Assembly (NCBI GenBank): GCA_048500355.1
Contig: JASNYD010000006.1
Span: 416,211-480,210, forward strand
Direction of reading: 5' to 3'
DNA from: Kofleriaceae bacterium
GTDB lineage: Bacteria > Myxococcota_A > Polyangia > Haliangiales > Haliangiaceae
Length of the DNA stretch: 64,000 nucleotides
The number at the start of each line of letters is the position of its first letter. Within the stretch, counting starts at the first letter, position 1. A program made the position numbers and the translations under genes. Shown here piece by piece: positions 19,105-27,752 of the stretch. The notes below the pieces were generated by a model. It searched no databases and was not told the DNA's origin. It saw nothing but the letters and a program-made list of their open reading frames with translations.

Positions 19105-19108
<4 letters not shown>
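16583..19108 (-). CDS. VIT-domain plus von Willebrand factor A-domain protein with a Pro/Ala-rich C-terminal tail
   Basis: N-terminal VIT-like region (LPLTALSVEARVTGLEVATELRQTF), a vWA domain with a MIDAS motif (LVLVLDRSGSM) and a long low-complexity tail. The ATGATG start overlaps the upstream MerR stop (ATGA), and a GGAGG ribosome-binding site is present. Confidence 0.85.
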
Positions 19109-19812
<704 letters not shown>

Positions 19813-19821
19813 CCATCCACC

Positions 19822-19846
19822 ATGACACTGTCATATGACACTGTCA
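19822..19846. promoter_or_regulatory. Tandem dyad TGACAcTGTCA-ta-TGACAcTGTCA, a candidate MerR-type operator in the divergent promoter region
   Basis: Two copies of an 11-bp inverted repeat form a near-perfect 24-bp palindrome. It lies 10-35 bp upstream of the MerR GTG, in the only AT-rich stretch of the region. Confidence 0.45.
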
Positions 19847-19886
19847 ATAACAATTCTCACAACATCAAGAACTGAAAGGTAAAATG

Positions 19887-19937
19887 CGGTGGGTGGCACC
19901 CTCCACGTCCCCCTGCCCGGGCGGTGCCACCCACCGG
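19887..19937 (+). promoter_or_regulatory. Perfect 14-bp inverted repeat (cggtgggtggcacc ... ggtgccacccaccg) with a 23-nt loop, 5' of the 19956 gene
   Basis: A GC-rich stem-loop sits about 19 nt upstream of the ATG. It could be a leader structure or a protein-binding site. Confidence 0.4.
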
Positions 19938-19955
19938 TTGGTGTAGGATCTCGGG

Positions 19956-21146
19956 ATGCGCTCGCCGCTCGCCGCCCTCGCCGCCCTGCTCGTGGTCACC
20001 TCGCCGGTCATGGCGCAGCCGGGAGGCGCGCCACCGCCGGAGCCAGCGCCGGTTCCGGCGCCACCGCCGGTGGACGCGCAGGCGATCTATCAGCGGGCGT
20101 TCGCGGCGATGATCGCGGGCGACCTGGCGTCCGCGCGCGCCGGCTTCGCCGAGGTGACGGCGACCTCGCCCGACCCGGAGCTGCGGGCGGCAGCGCGCGA
20201 GCTCGGCCGCCTCGCCGACGAGCTCGCCGCGCGCCAGGCCCGGATCGTGTTCGGCGCCGCCACCGAGCCGACGCCGACGCCCACGCCCGCCCCCGGCCAC
20301 CACGACCACAAGGACGACCACGACGAGGGGCGCGCCGGCGTGATCGTCACGTCGACGCTGGCCTCCATCTACGCCGGCGCCGTCCTGTCCGACCTCGCGG
20401 ACACCGGCGACGCCCGCGCCATCACCGGCATCGTCGTCGCCACCACCGCCGCCGGCCTCGCGCTCAGCCTCTACGGCACCAAGGGCCGCACGATCACCGG
20501 CGGCACCGCCGAGGCCTACAGCCTCGGCATGATGATCGGCGCCGGCAACGGCCTGCTCCTCGCCGGACCGCTCGGCGCCGACACCTCGGAGCAGTGGAAC
20601 GTCACCGTGCTCGGCAGCATGGCGGTCGCCGCCGGCGCCGGCTTCTACTACGGCCACCGCCGCAACCCCACCCGCGGCCAGGTCTCGTTCTCCGGCACCA
20701 TGGCGACCATGGGCCTCGCCACCGTCGGCCTCGGCCTCATCATCATCCAGCCCGACATCGACGACTCGGACACGATCCTCCTCGCCATGGCCGGCGGCCT
20801 CGACGCCGGCGCCATCGGCGGCATGTACCTGGGGCGCGACCTGACCTGGTCGGCGGGCCGCGCCCGCCTGGTGTGGCTGGGCGCCCTCCTCGGCGGCATC
20901 CTCGGCGGCGCCACCGGCATCATGCTCTTCGCCGACGACGACGCCGGCGAGGACACCAACACCAAGGGCCGCATCACGGCCGCCCTCGCCCTCGGCGGCG
21001 CCTGGGGCGGCCTCTTCCTCGGCTCGCGCTTCACGCGCAACATGCGCCCCGACCCGCGCTTCCGCGTCGCCCCCGCCGCCACCACCCAGGTCGTGCCCAT
21101 GGCCGTGCCGCACGGCGGCGGCCTCGCCGTCACCGGCATCTTCTGA
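19956..21146 (+). CDS. Secreted/membrane protein with Gly-rich TM segments (hypothetical)
   Basis: Signal peptide, Pro/Ala-rich linker and a His-rich patch (HHDHKDDHDE). Multiple glycine-zipper-like TM segments. GC3 is good. Confidence 0.6.
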   Translation: MRSPLAALAALLVVTSPVMAQPGGAPPPEPAPVPAPPPVDAQAIYQRAFAAMIAGDLASARAGFAEVTATSPDPELRAAARELGRLADELAARQARIVFGAATEPTPTPTPAPGHHDHKDDHDEGRAGVIVTSTLASIYAGAVLSDLADTGDARAITGIVVATTAAGLALSLYGTKGRTITGGTAEAYSLGMMIGAGNGLLLAGPLGADTSEQWNVTVLGSMAVAAGAGFYYGHRRNPTRGQVSFSGTMATMGLATVGLGLIIIQPDIDDSDTILLAMAGGLDAGAIGGMYLGRDLTWSAGRARLVWLGALLGGILGGATGIMLFADDDAGEDTNTKGRITAALALGGAWGGLFLGSRFTRNMRPDPRFRVAPAATTQVVPMAVPHGGGLAVTGIF

Positions 21147-21172
21147 ACTGACCCGGCGTCGCGCCCCGCCCG

Positions 21173-22105
21173 TCAGCGCTTGCGCAGCGCCGTGAGGTGG
21201 CGCGCGGCCTCGGCGCGGATCACCTCCGCCAGCAACCCCAGCTCGCGCCCGCGCGCCGACGACATCCGCCACACCAGCCCGACGTCGCGGCCCGGCGCCG
21301 GCGCCAGCTTCGCGCTGGCCACGCCGGTGCCCCGGCCGGCCAGGACCGCGGCCGACATCTCGGGCAGGAGCGTCACCCCCTGCCCGCTCGCCACCATCTG
21401 CACCAGCGTCGGCAGGCTGGTCGCGCGCAGCTCCGCCACCTCGTGCGAGCCGGCGTGGCTGCACACCGCCAGCGCCTGATCGCGCAGGCAGTGCCCGTCC
21501 TCCAGCAGGAGCACGTCCTCGCCCGCCAGGTCGTCCTCGCGCACCCGCGCCCGCCGCGCCAGCTCGTGGGCCAGCGGCGCCGCCAGGAGGAAGTGCTCGC
21601 GGTAGAGCTGGATCGCCGCCAGATCGCCCGGCACCGGCAGCGCCAGCACCCCGGCGTCGAGCCGGCCGTCGTCGAGCTGGGCGAGGACACGGGCGGTCTG
21701 CTCCTCGCGCAGGATCAGGCGCAGCTCCGGGTACGCCGCCCGTACCGCCGGCAGCACCACCGGCAGGAGGTAGGGCGCGATCGTGGGGATCACGCCGAGG
21801 CGCAGCGTGCCCGACAGCGGCTGGGCCGCCGTCCGCGCCACCTCGGCGATGGCAGCCGCGCTGGCCAGCGTCGCCCGCGCCCGCGCCACGATCTCGGTGC
21901 CGGCCGCGGTCACCAGCACCTTGCGACGGTCGCGCTCGAAGAGCTGGACGCCGAGCGTCTCCTCGAGCTGGGCGATCTGCGCCGACAGCGCCGGCTGGGT
22001 CACCATGCACGCCTCGGCCGCGCGGCGGAAGCTGCGATGGTCGGCGACCGCGACCATGTACTCGAGCTGGCGGAGCGTGAAGCCGACCTTCATGAGGATA
22101 GACAC
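21173..22105 (-). CDS. oxyR: LysR-family hydrogen peroxide sensor/regulator OxyR
   Basis: The OxyR redox-Cys region is conserved (VLLLEDGHCLRDQALAVCSH; compare E. coli LEDGHCLRDQAMGFCF). The LysR helix-turn-helix lies at the N-terminus; the real start is probably the Met at 22093. Confidence 0.85.
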   Translation of the reverse strand: MSILMKVGFTLRQLEYMVAVADHRSFRRAAEACMVTQPALSAQIAQLEETLGVQLFERDRRKVLVTAAGTEIVARARATLASAAAIAEVARTAAQPLSGTLRLGVIPTIAPYLLPVVLPAVRAAYPELRLILREEQTARVLAQLDDGRLDAGVLALPVPGDLAAIQLYREHFLLAAPLAHELARRARVREDDLAGEDVLLLEDGHCLRDQALAVCSHAGSHEVAELRATSLPTLVQMVASGQGVTLLPEMSAAVLAGRGTGVASAKLAPAPGRDVGLVWRMSSARGRELGLLAEVIRAEAARHLTALRKR

Positions 22106-22217
22106 ATCCTATCATAGGAGACCCGTTCTTCACTCCACGTTATCAGCGCCTCCGCCGCGGCCGCGCGCCGAGCCCCCCCGGCGCCGGCCGACCGCCGCTG
22201 CGTGCTATGACCGGCGC

Positions 22218-23294
22218 ATGTCGCTCCGCCTCGCGCTCGCCGTGCTCCCCGCCCTCCTCCTCGCCGGCTGCCGCGGGGGCGCGGCGCCGACCGCCGGCGG
22301 CGGCACCGCGGCGCCGGCGAGCGGGTCGGCCGCACCCGCCGCGCGCACCCCGGCGGCGGTGCCCGCGGACTACGCCGCGGCCCGGGCCCGCACCGAGCGC
22401 GAGGGCCGCGCGGCGCTGACCCTCCTCCTCGACGGCGACCTGGCCGAGCTCCACGCCTGGTTCCAGCCCGCGCTCGCCGAGCTGGCCTCGATCGAGCTCC
22501 TCACCCAGGTCCGCGCCCAGCTCACCGCCGCCGGGCCGGTCACCCGCGGGCCCGAGGCGGTCTTCCTCACGCCCGCCGCGCGCGGCTACCTCGGCGACCT
22601 CGTGACCGCGAGCGGCACCGTCACCGCCAGCATGGCGCTCGACGACGCCGGCAAGCTCGCGGGCCTGACCTTCGTGCCCCGGCCGCCGCTGCCGCCCGAC
22701 CCCCACGCCGACCGCCCGCTGCGCGCGCGCCTGCGCCTACCCTTCGACGGCCAGTGGTTCGTGTTCTGGGGCGGACCCAGCGCCACGGTCAACTACCACG
22801 TGGTCGCCCCCGACCAGCGTCACGCCTACGACCTCGTGATCTGGAAGGACGGCGGCACCCACACCGGCGACGGCACCCGCAACGAGCAGTACCACTGCTG
22901 GGGTCAGCCGGTGCTGGCGCCGGCCGCCGGCACGGTCGTCGCCGTCGAGAACGGCCTGCCCGACAACCCGCCGGGCAAGATGGACGCGAGCGCCAAGGCC
23001 GGCAACCACGTCGTGCTCGATCTCGGCGACGGGGCCCACGCGCTCCTCGCCCACCTGCAACAGGGCTCGGTCGCGGTGCGGCTCGGCGATCGGGTCACCG
23101 CCGGCCAGCGGCTCGGCCTCACCGGCAACAGCGGCAACACCAGCGAGCCCCACCTGCACCTCCACCTCCAGGACGGCCCCACCCTGTTCCGCGGCGCCGG
23201 CCTGCCGGTGTGGTTCGACGACGCCTGCGTCGACGGTCAGCCGCCGGCGCGGGTCGCCCCGGTGCACGGCCAGTTCGTCGAGCACTGTCGCTGA
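22218..23294 (+). CDS. M23-family (LytM-like) peptidase lipoprotein
   Basis: Lipobox LLAGC and M23 motifs (HAYDLV, GNSGNTSEPHLHLHLQ). Confidence 0.8.
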   Translation: MSLRLALAVLPALLLAGCRGGAAPTAGGGTAAPASGSAAPAARTPAAVPADYAAARARTEREGRAALTLLLDGDLAELHAWFQPALAELASIELLTQVRAQLTAAGPVTRGPEAVFLTPAARGYLGDLVTASGTVTASMALDDAGKLAGLTFVPRPPLPPDPHADRPLRARLRLPFDGQWFVFWGGPSATVNYHVVAPDQRHAYDLVIWKDGGTHTGDGTRNEQYHCWGQPVLAPAAGTVVAVENGLPDNPPGKMDASAKAGNHVVLDLGDGAHALLAHLQQGSVAVRLGDRVTAGQRLGLTGNSGNTSEPHLHLHLQDGPTLFRGAGLPVWFDDACVDGQPPARVAPVHGQFVEHCR

Positions 23295-23331
23295 CGCCCG
23301 CCGCGCGTGGGCGCCGGCGCGGGCCCGCGCG

Positions 23332-24342
23332 TCAGCCGGCGCGCTCGTCCAGGTGCCGCCGCACCAGCCGCGCGCACCACGCGATCGCGCCGGTCGCCAG
23401 CAGCAAGAACACGACGAACAGCGGCAGGCCCTGGGCGCCGTCGAGCGTCGCCCGCCACTCGATGGCGTGGGCGCGATCGACCTCGCGCAGCGCCGCCACC
23501 GCGAGGAACAGCGCGACCGCGCCGACGGTGACCAGCCGTCGCCCCGCTCGCCCGCGCCCGCCGGCGAGCGCGACCATCCCGGCCGCGGTCACCGCCGCGC
23601 CGCTCCCCGCCAGCACCAGCCACGGCGTGGCCATCGCCGGCAGCTCGCCGGCGCGCCCGCCGACCGTCCCCACCGCCGCCGCCGCCGCCACCGCCAGGCC
23701 GGTCAGCCCGAGCCCGCCCAGGCGGCGCAGCTCGCCGCGTCCCGCCCGCGCCGCGGCCAGCCACGCCGCGCCGGTCGCGAACGCCACCGCCGCCAACCCC
23801 AGCCACAGCGCCAGACGGACGGCGATCACCGGGTCGCGGTGGACGACGCGACCGTCGCGGTAGTGCGCGACCCAGGTCTCGGCGCCGGCGGCGGCCAGGG
23901 TGTGCTCCTCGATCCACGACCACGCGACGAAGAGGAACGCGAGCAGGGCGGCGCCGCTCACCAGCCCCCGCCGCGCCCGCGACCACGCCTGCGCCCGCAC
24001 GCTCTTGCCCAGGTACAGCAGGTAGAAGCCGGCGATGAGCGCCGGCACGATCGCCATGAAGCGGTGCGACATGAGGAGCGTCGCCGTGTACACGCGGTGC
24101 TGGTAGAGGACCTGGATCAGCAGCAGCGGCGCCACCCCGGCGGTGATCGCCGCGCCGAGCGCGAACGGCAGCCAGTCGCGGGCCGCCGCCGCCACCGGAT
24201 CGTCGCCGCCGACGAGCGCCCGCGCCGTCGCCCACGCCGCCGCGCCCAGCACGAAGCCGACGAGCAGCGCGTGGGCGGCGAAGGTGAGCACGAGCAGGAG
24301 CACGTAGCCCCCCGGGCCGCCGAGGTCGGCGAACAGGCTCAT
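23332..24342 (-). CDS. Polytopic membrane protein, possibly a cytochrome bd subunit II-like partner of the upstream CydA-like gene
   Basis: About 8 predicted TM helices. Its ATG overlaps the upstream gene's stop (ATGA). The subunit II assignment is by position only. Confidence 0.5.
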   Translation of the reverse strand: MSLFADLGGPGGYVLLLVLTFAAHALLVGFVLGAAAWATARALVGGDDPVAAAARDWLPFALGAAITAGVAPLLLIQVLYQHRVYTATLLMSHRFMAIVPALIAGFYLLYLGKSVRAQAWSRARRGLVSGAALLAFLFVAWSWIEEHTLAAAGAETWVAHYRDGRVVHRDPVIAVRLALWLGLAAVAFATGAAWLAAARAGRGELRRLGGLGLTGLAVAAAAAVGTVGGRAGELPAMATPWLVLAGSGAAVTAAGMVALAGGRGRAGRRLVTVGAVALFLAVAALREVDRAHAIEWRATLDGAQGLPLFVVFLLLATGAIAWCARLVRRHLDERAG

Positions 24343-25814
24343 CGCGCACCCCCGCGCCCACCACCCGCGGCCTCGCCCGGCGGCCGCGGCCGCTCCGGCG
24401 CCGGCGCGGTGCCAGCCTCGTCGAGCCAGCGCGCGATCTGCGCCAGCGCCGTCGGGTCGTCGGACACCGGCCAGGCGGCCGGCGCGCCCGCCGCCTCCCA
24501 GCGGATGAGCTGGGCCACCGCCTCGACCTCGGTCGCCGGGCCGGCGAACGGCGGCATGAAGCCCTTGGTCTCCTGCAGGCGCGCGATCGCGATGCGGAGC
24601 TGCTCGAGCGACCAGGCGCCGCCGAGGTGGACCAGGCCGTTGGCGCCCTTCATCGTGTGGCAGGCCGCGCACTGCAGCCGCACCACGCGCGCGCCGAGGG
24701 CGAGCTGCGCCGTCGGGTAGCGCGCGGCGTCGCGCAGCGGGTACGGATCGCGCGCCACCGAGCCCTCGGCGCGCAGCCGCGCGACCTCGGCCGGCGCGAT
24801 GGCGTTGGAGTACAGGACCTGCCGGATCGTGAACGGCTTGCGCGCGCCCTCGCGCACGAACTCGCCGGCGGCGGTGGCGCCGAACGCCAGCGCCAGCAGG
24901 AGCGCCGCGGTCGCGCCGCTCACGTACAGGCGCCGCCACCAGATCCCGACGAGCGCGTAGGCGCCGATCAGCAGCGACGCCCCGGCGGCCAGCGCCAGGA
25001 ACATCGACATCGCCACGCTGCCCCCGGTCAGCCACGCCCGGCTGTCGGCGGGGATGACCGCCACGTACCACAGCCCCAGCGCCGGCATCGCCGCCATCGG
25101 CACCAGCAGGCGCGCGGCGCGGGCGAGGAGGGCGTGGCGCGCGGCGCGGTCCAGCTCCATCGTGTTGATGACGGCGATCGCGGCCAGCGCCCCCAGCGTG
25201 CTCGACACCGCGACCCGGTAGAGCAGCGACGGCCAGAAGCTGGGGTTGAAGAAGCCGGCCCACACGTCGCCCGAGGCCAGCCACGCCCCCGGGGTGAGCT
25301 GCCACGACAGGATGCCGTTGATCCAGAACAGGCTGCCGAACGACGCCAGCGCGTAGGTGGCGAGCAGGCGCAGGCGCACGCCGTCGGGCAGGCGCTCGCC
25401 GTAGCGCAGGAACATGTAGCCGGCGACGATCTCGACCGCGAAGCAGCACCACTCGATCGCCCAGATCCAGTGGAACTCGTCGACCATGAGCCCGATCGTG
25501 CGCGGCCCGACCTGGATCGTCGTCAACCACATCGCCACGCCGGTCAGGGCGCCGGTGACGAAGCTGACCAGCACCAGGTACTTGAAGAAGCTGTCGAGGA
25601 AGCGGCGAGCGTCGGGCACGCCGCGCCCGGCCAGCCACTGGAAGTACGTCATCAGGAACCCGCCGCCGATCGCGAACTGGGCGAGGAAGACGTGGAGGAT
25701 GCCGACCGCGCCGATGACCATGCCGCGCATCGCCGGACCGAAGTCGTTGACCGGGTAAGCGGTCGGCTCCATCCCCGCTGGGATGATGCCACCGCCGGCG
25801 CCGGCATGCGTCAT
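24339..25814 (-). CDS. Cytochrome bd oxidase subunit I (CydA) superfamily protein with a C-terminal mono-haem cytochrome c (CxxCH) domain
   Basis: Alignment by eye to E. coli CydA helices 1-4: ILHVFLAQFAIGGGFL against MYHFLFVPLTLGMAFL (His19 equivalent), GALTGVAMWLTTIQVG against GVATGLTMEFQFG, WAIEWCCFAVE against LAIEGLMAFFLE, and SLFWINGILSWQ against ALWILVANGWMQ. The C-terminus carries CAACH. Confidence 0.6.
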   Translation of the reverse strand: MTHAGAGGGIIPAGMEPTAYPVNDFGPAMRGMVIGAVGILHVFLAQFAIGGGFLMTYFQWLAGRGVPDARRFLDSFFKYLVLVSFVTGALTGVAMWLTTIQVGPRTIGLMVDEFHWIWAIEWCCFAVEIVAGYMFLRYGERLPDGVRLRLLATYALASFGSLFWINGILSWQLTPGAWLASGDVWAGFFNPSFWPSLLYRVAVSSTLGALAAIAVINTMELDRAARHALLARAARLLVPMAAMPALGLWYVAVIPADSRAWLTGGSVAMSMFLALAAGASLLIGAYALVGIWWRRLYVSGATAALLLALAFGATAAGEFVREGARKPFTIRQVLYSNAIAPAEVARLRAEGSVARDPYPLRDAARYPTAQLALGARVVRLQCAACHTMKGANGLVHLGGAWSLEQLRIAIARLQETKGFMPPFAGPATEVEAVAQLIRWEAAGAPAAWPVSDDPTALAQIARWLDEAGTAPAPERPRPPGEAAGGGRGGAR

Positions 25815-25858
25815 CGCGTCGCGGCGATCGGCCGGCCGCGGGCTCGCCCCGCCTTCGC

Positions 25859-27403
25859 TCAGGGCGCGAGGCGGGCGACGAAGGCGTCGGGCTTGGCCAG
25901 CTTCGCGCCCTCGGCCTGGACCGCGGTCGGCCCGCCGGGGACGAGGTCGAGCGTGAAGCGGTAGGCGCCCGAGACGTAGGGCGTGCCGTCGCGGCCGATG
26001 GCCACCGCCAGCCCGACGTCCTGATCCTTGGCCCCCCAGCGCCGGCTCCACACGTGGGTGCCGGCGGCGTCGAGCTTGAGGAAGAAGCCGTCCATGTAGC
26101 CGGCGGTCTTGAACGGGCCACCGCCGAGGTCGATCGTGGTCTCGAAGCCGCCCACGACCACCAGGTTGCCGGCGGCGTCGGCGGCGACGCCGAGCCCGAC
26201 GTCGGCGCGCTCGCCGCCGTAGGTCTTGACCCACAGGAGCTTGCCCTCGGGCGACAGCCGGGCCACGAACACGTCGGACTCGCCCTTCGACAGCACCGGC
26301 GTCCCCAGCACGTCGAGGTCCTTGTCGAACGAGCCGGTGATCACGACGTGGCCGGCGGGGTCGACGGCGAGCCCGCCCGCCCGCTCCTGGAACGGGTTGC
26401 CGAGGCGCACGCTCCACACGTGGTTGCCCACCGGATCGAAGCGGGCCACGAACAGGTCGTCGTCGCCGGCGCTCTTGTGGGTGGTGCCGCCGAGCGTGAT
26501 CGTGCCCTTGAAGCGGCCGAGGGCGTAGATGTTGCCGGCGGGGTCGACGGCGACGTGGCTCACCTCGTCGGGGTACTCGCCGCCGAGCTGGGTCACCCAC
26601 TCGACCTCGCCGCCGGCCCCGAGCTTGACCAGCGCCGCGTCGTCGCCGCCGCGCGAGGTCACGGTGGTCGCGCCCAGCGCCACCTCCTGGCCGAACGACA
26701 CCGCGACGATCCAGCCGCCGTCGCCGGCGGCGGCGATGGCGGTGGCGGCGTCGGAGGCCGGGCCGCCGGCGGTCCACAGCCACTGCACCTCGCCGGCGGG
26801 GTCGAGCCCGACCACGAACAGGTCGTCGGAGCCGGTCGCCTTGCCGCTCAACCCGCCGGCGGTGACCGTGCTCGAGAACAGCCCGGTGGCGGCGACGTTG
26901 CCCTTGTCGTCGACCGCGACCGCGTCGCCCCGCTCCTCGTGCTTGCCGCCGATCGTCGTCACCCAGCTCACCGCGCCGCTGGCGTCGAGCCGGGCGACGA
27001 AGGCGTCGCTCTTGCCGGCCGCGGTGCGCGCGCCGGCGCCGGCGAAGGTCGCGGCCTCCTCGAAGTCGCCCACCGCGTACACCGCGCCGTCGCCTCCGAC
27101 CGCGAGCCGCCGCACGATGTCGACCCGGGTGCCGCCGAGGCTCGTGACCCAGGCCACCGCGCCGGTGGCGCCCGGCGGCGACTCGGCCAGCGGTGGCAGC
27201 GGCCGCGGCGGCGGCGCCACCCGCGGCTCGGCCGGCGCCGCGCTGCCGGAGGCGCTGCCGGACCCGCTGCCGGCGCCGTCGCGCTCGACCTTGCCGGCCC
27301 CGGCCTTGCCGGCCGGCTCCTTCTTGCCGCAGGCGACGAGGGGAACGGCCAGGGTCAGCGCGACCGGGCCGACGAGGGCGAGCGAGACGAGGCGTGTGCG
27401 CAT
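25859..27403 (-). CDS. Lipoprotein with beta-propeller (SBBP-type) repeats
   Basis: Lipobox LVACG. Repeated units of the form G..VWS...G.....G..VAVD..GN.YV.G.F.G.....G. Confidence 0.65.
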   Translation of the reverse strand: MRTRLVSLALVGPVALTLAVPLVACGKKEPAGKAGAGKVERDGAGSGSGSASGSAAPAEPRVAPPPRPLPPLAESPPGATGAVAWVTSLGGTRVDIVRRLAVGGDGAVYAVGDFEEAATFAGAGARTAAGKSDAFVARLDASGAVSWVTTIGGKHEERGDAVAVDDKGNVAATGLFSSTVTAGGLSGKATGSDDLFVVGLDPAGEVQWLWTAGGPASDAATAIAAAGDGGWIVAVSFGQEVALGATTVTSRGGDDAALVKLGAGGEVEWVTQLGGEYPDEVSHVAVDPAGNIYALGRFKGTITLGGTTHKSAGDDDLFVARFDPVGNHVWSVRLGNPFQERAGGLAVDPAGHVVITGSFDKDLDVLGTPVLSKGESDVFVARLSPEGKLLWVKTYGGERADVGLGVAADAAGNLVVVGGFETTIDLGGGPFKTAGYMDGFFLKLDAAGTHVWSRRWGAKDQDVGLAVAIGRDGTPYVSGAYRFTLDLVPGGPTAVQAEGAKLAKPDAFVARLAP

Positions 27404-27531
27404 GGTTCCTCGGGAGACACCGCGAGAGCCCTGACGTTGTCATGGCATCGCCTCCCAGGGCAACGCGCACTTCGAGGGAACCGCCGCGGCGCCGCGTTGT
27501 CCAACTCGCCGCGGCAGGCTATCTCTCCCTC

Positions 27532-27738
27532 ATGCGCGTGGTCGGAGATGACGACGGCGTCGCGGCGCTCAAGGCGCTGGCCGCCGACAACCGTGACTAC
27601 CTGAAGTTCCTGATCACCGAGGCGCAGTCCAACAGCGACCACACCGCCTCCTTCCGCGCCGCCGACGACACCCGCTGGGTGGTCCGCTTCCACCCGGAGT
27701 CCGGCGAGCTCGAGGTGCGACGCGTCCCCGCGCCGTGA
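27532..27738 (+). CDS. Small hypothetical protein (68 aa)
   Basis: High GC3. Its stop overlaps the GTG of the downstream ORF. No homology recognised. Confidence 0.4.
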   Translation: MRVVGDDDGVAALKALAADNRDYLKFLITEAQSNSDHTASFRAADDTRWVVRFHPESGELEVRRVPAP

Positions 27739-27752
27739 CGTATGGTCGCACC

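Noticed and set aside
19857-22133. 758-aa minus ORF and 420-aa plus ORF (19889..21151) overlapping the 19956 gene and oxyR
   Set aside because: Frame artefacts. The real genes have signal-peptide and TM features and OxyR motifs in other frames.
23332-27470. The N-terminal parts of the 929-aa and 1043-aa minus ORFs, read as single giant proteins
   Set aside because: Each track ORF combines a real gene at its 3' end with an out-of-frame read-through of the neighbouring gene. I split them at the internal Met/signal sequences and the ATGA overlap.
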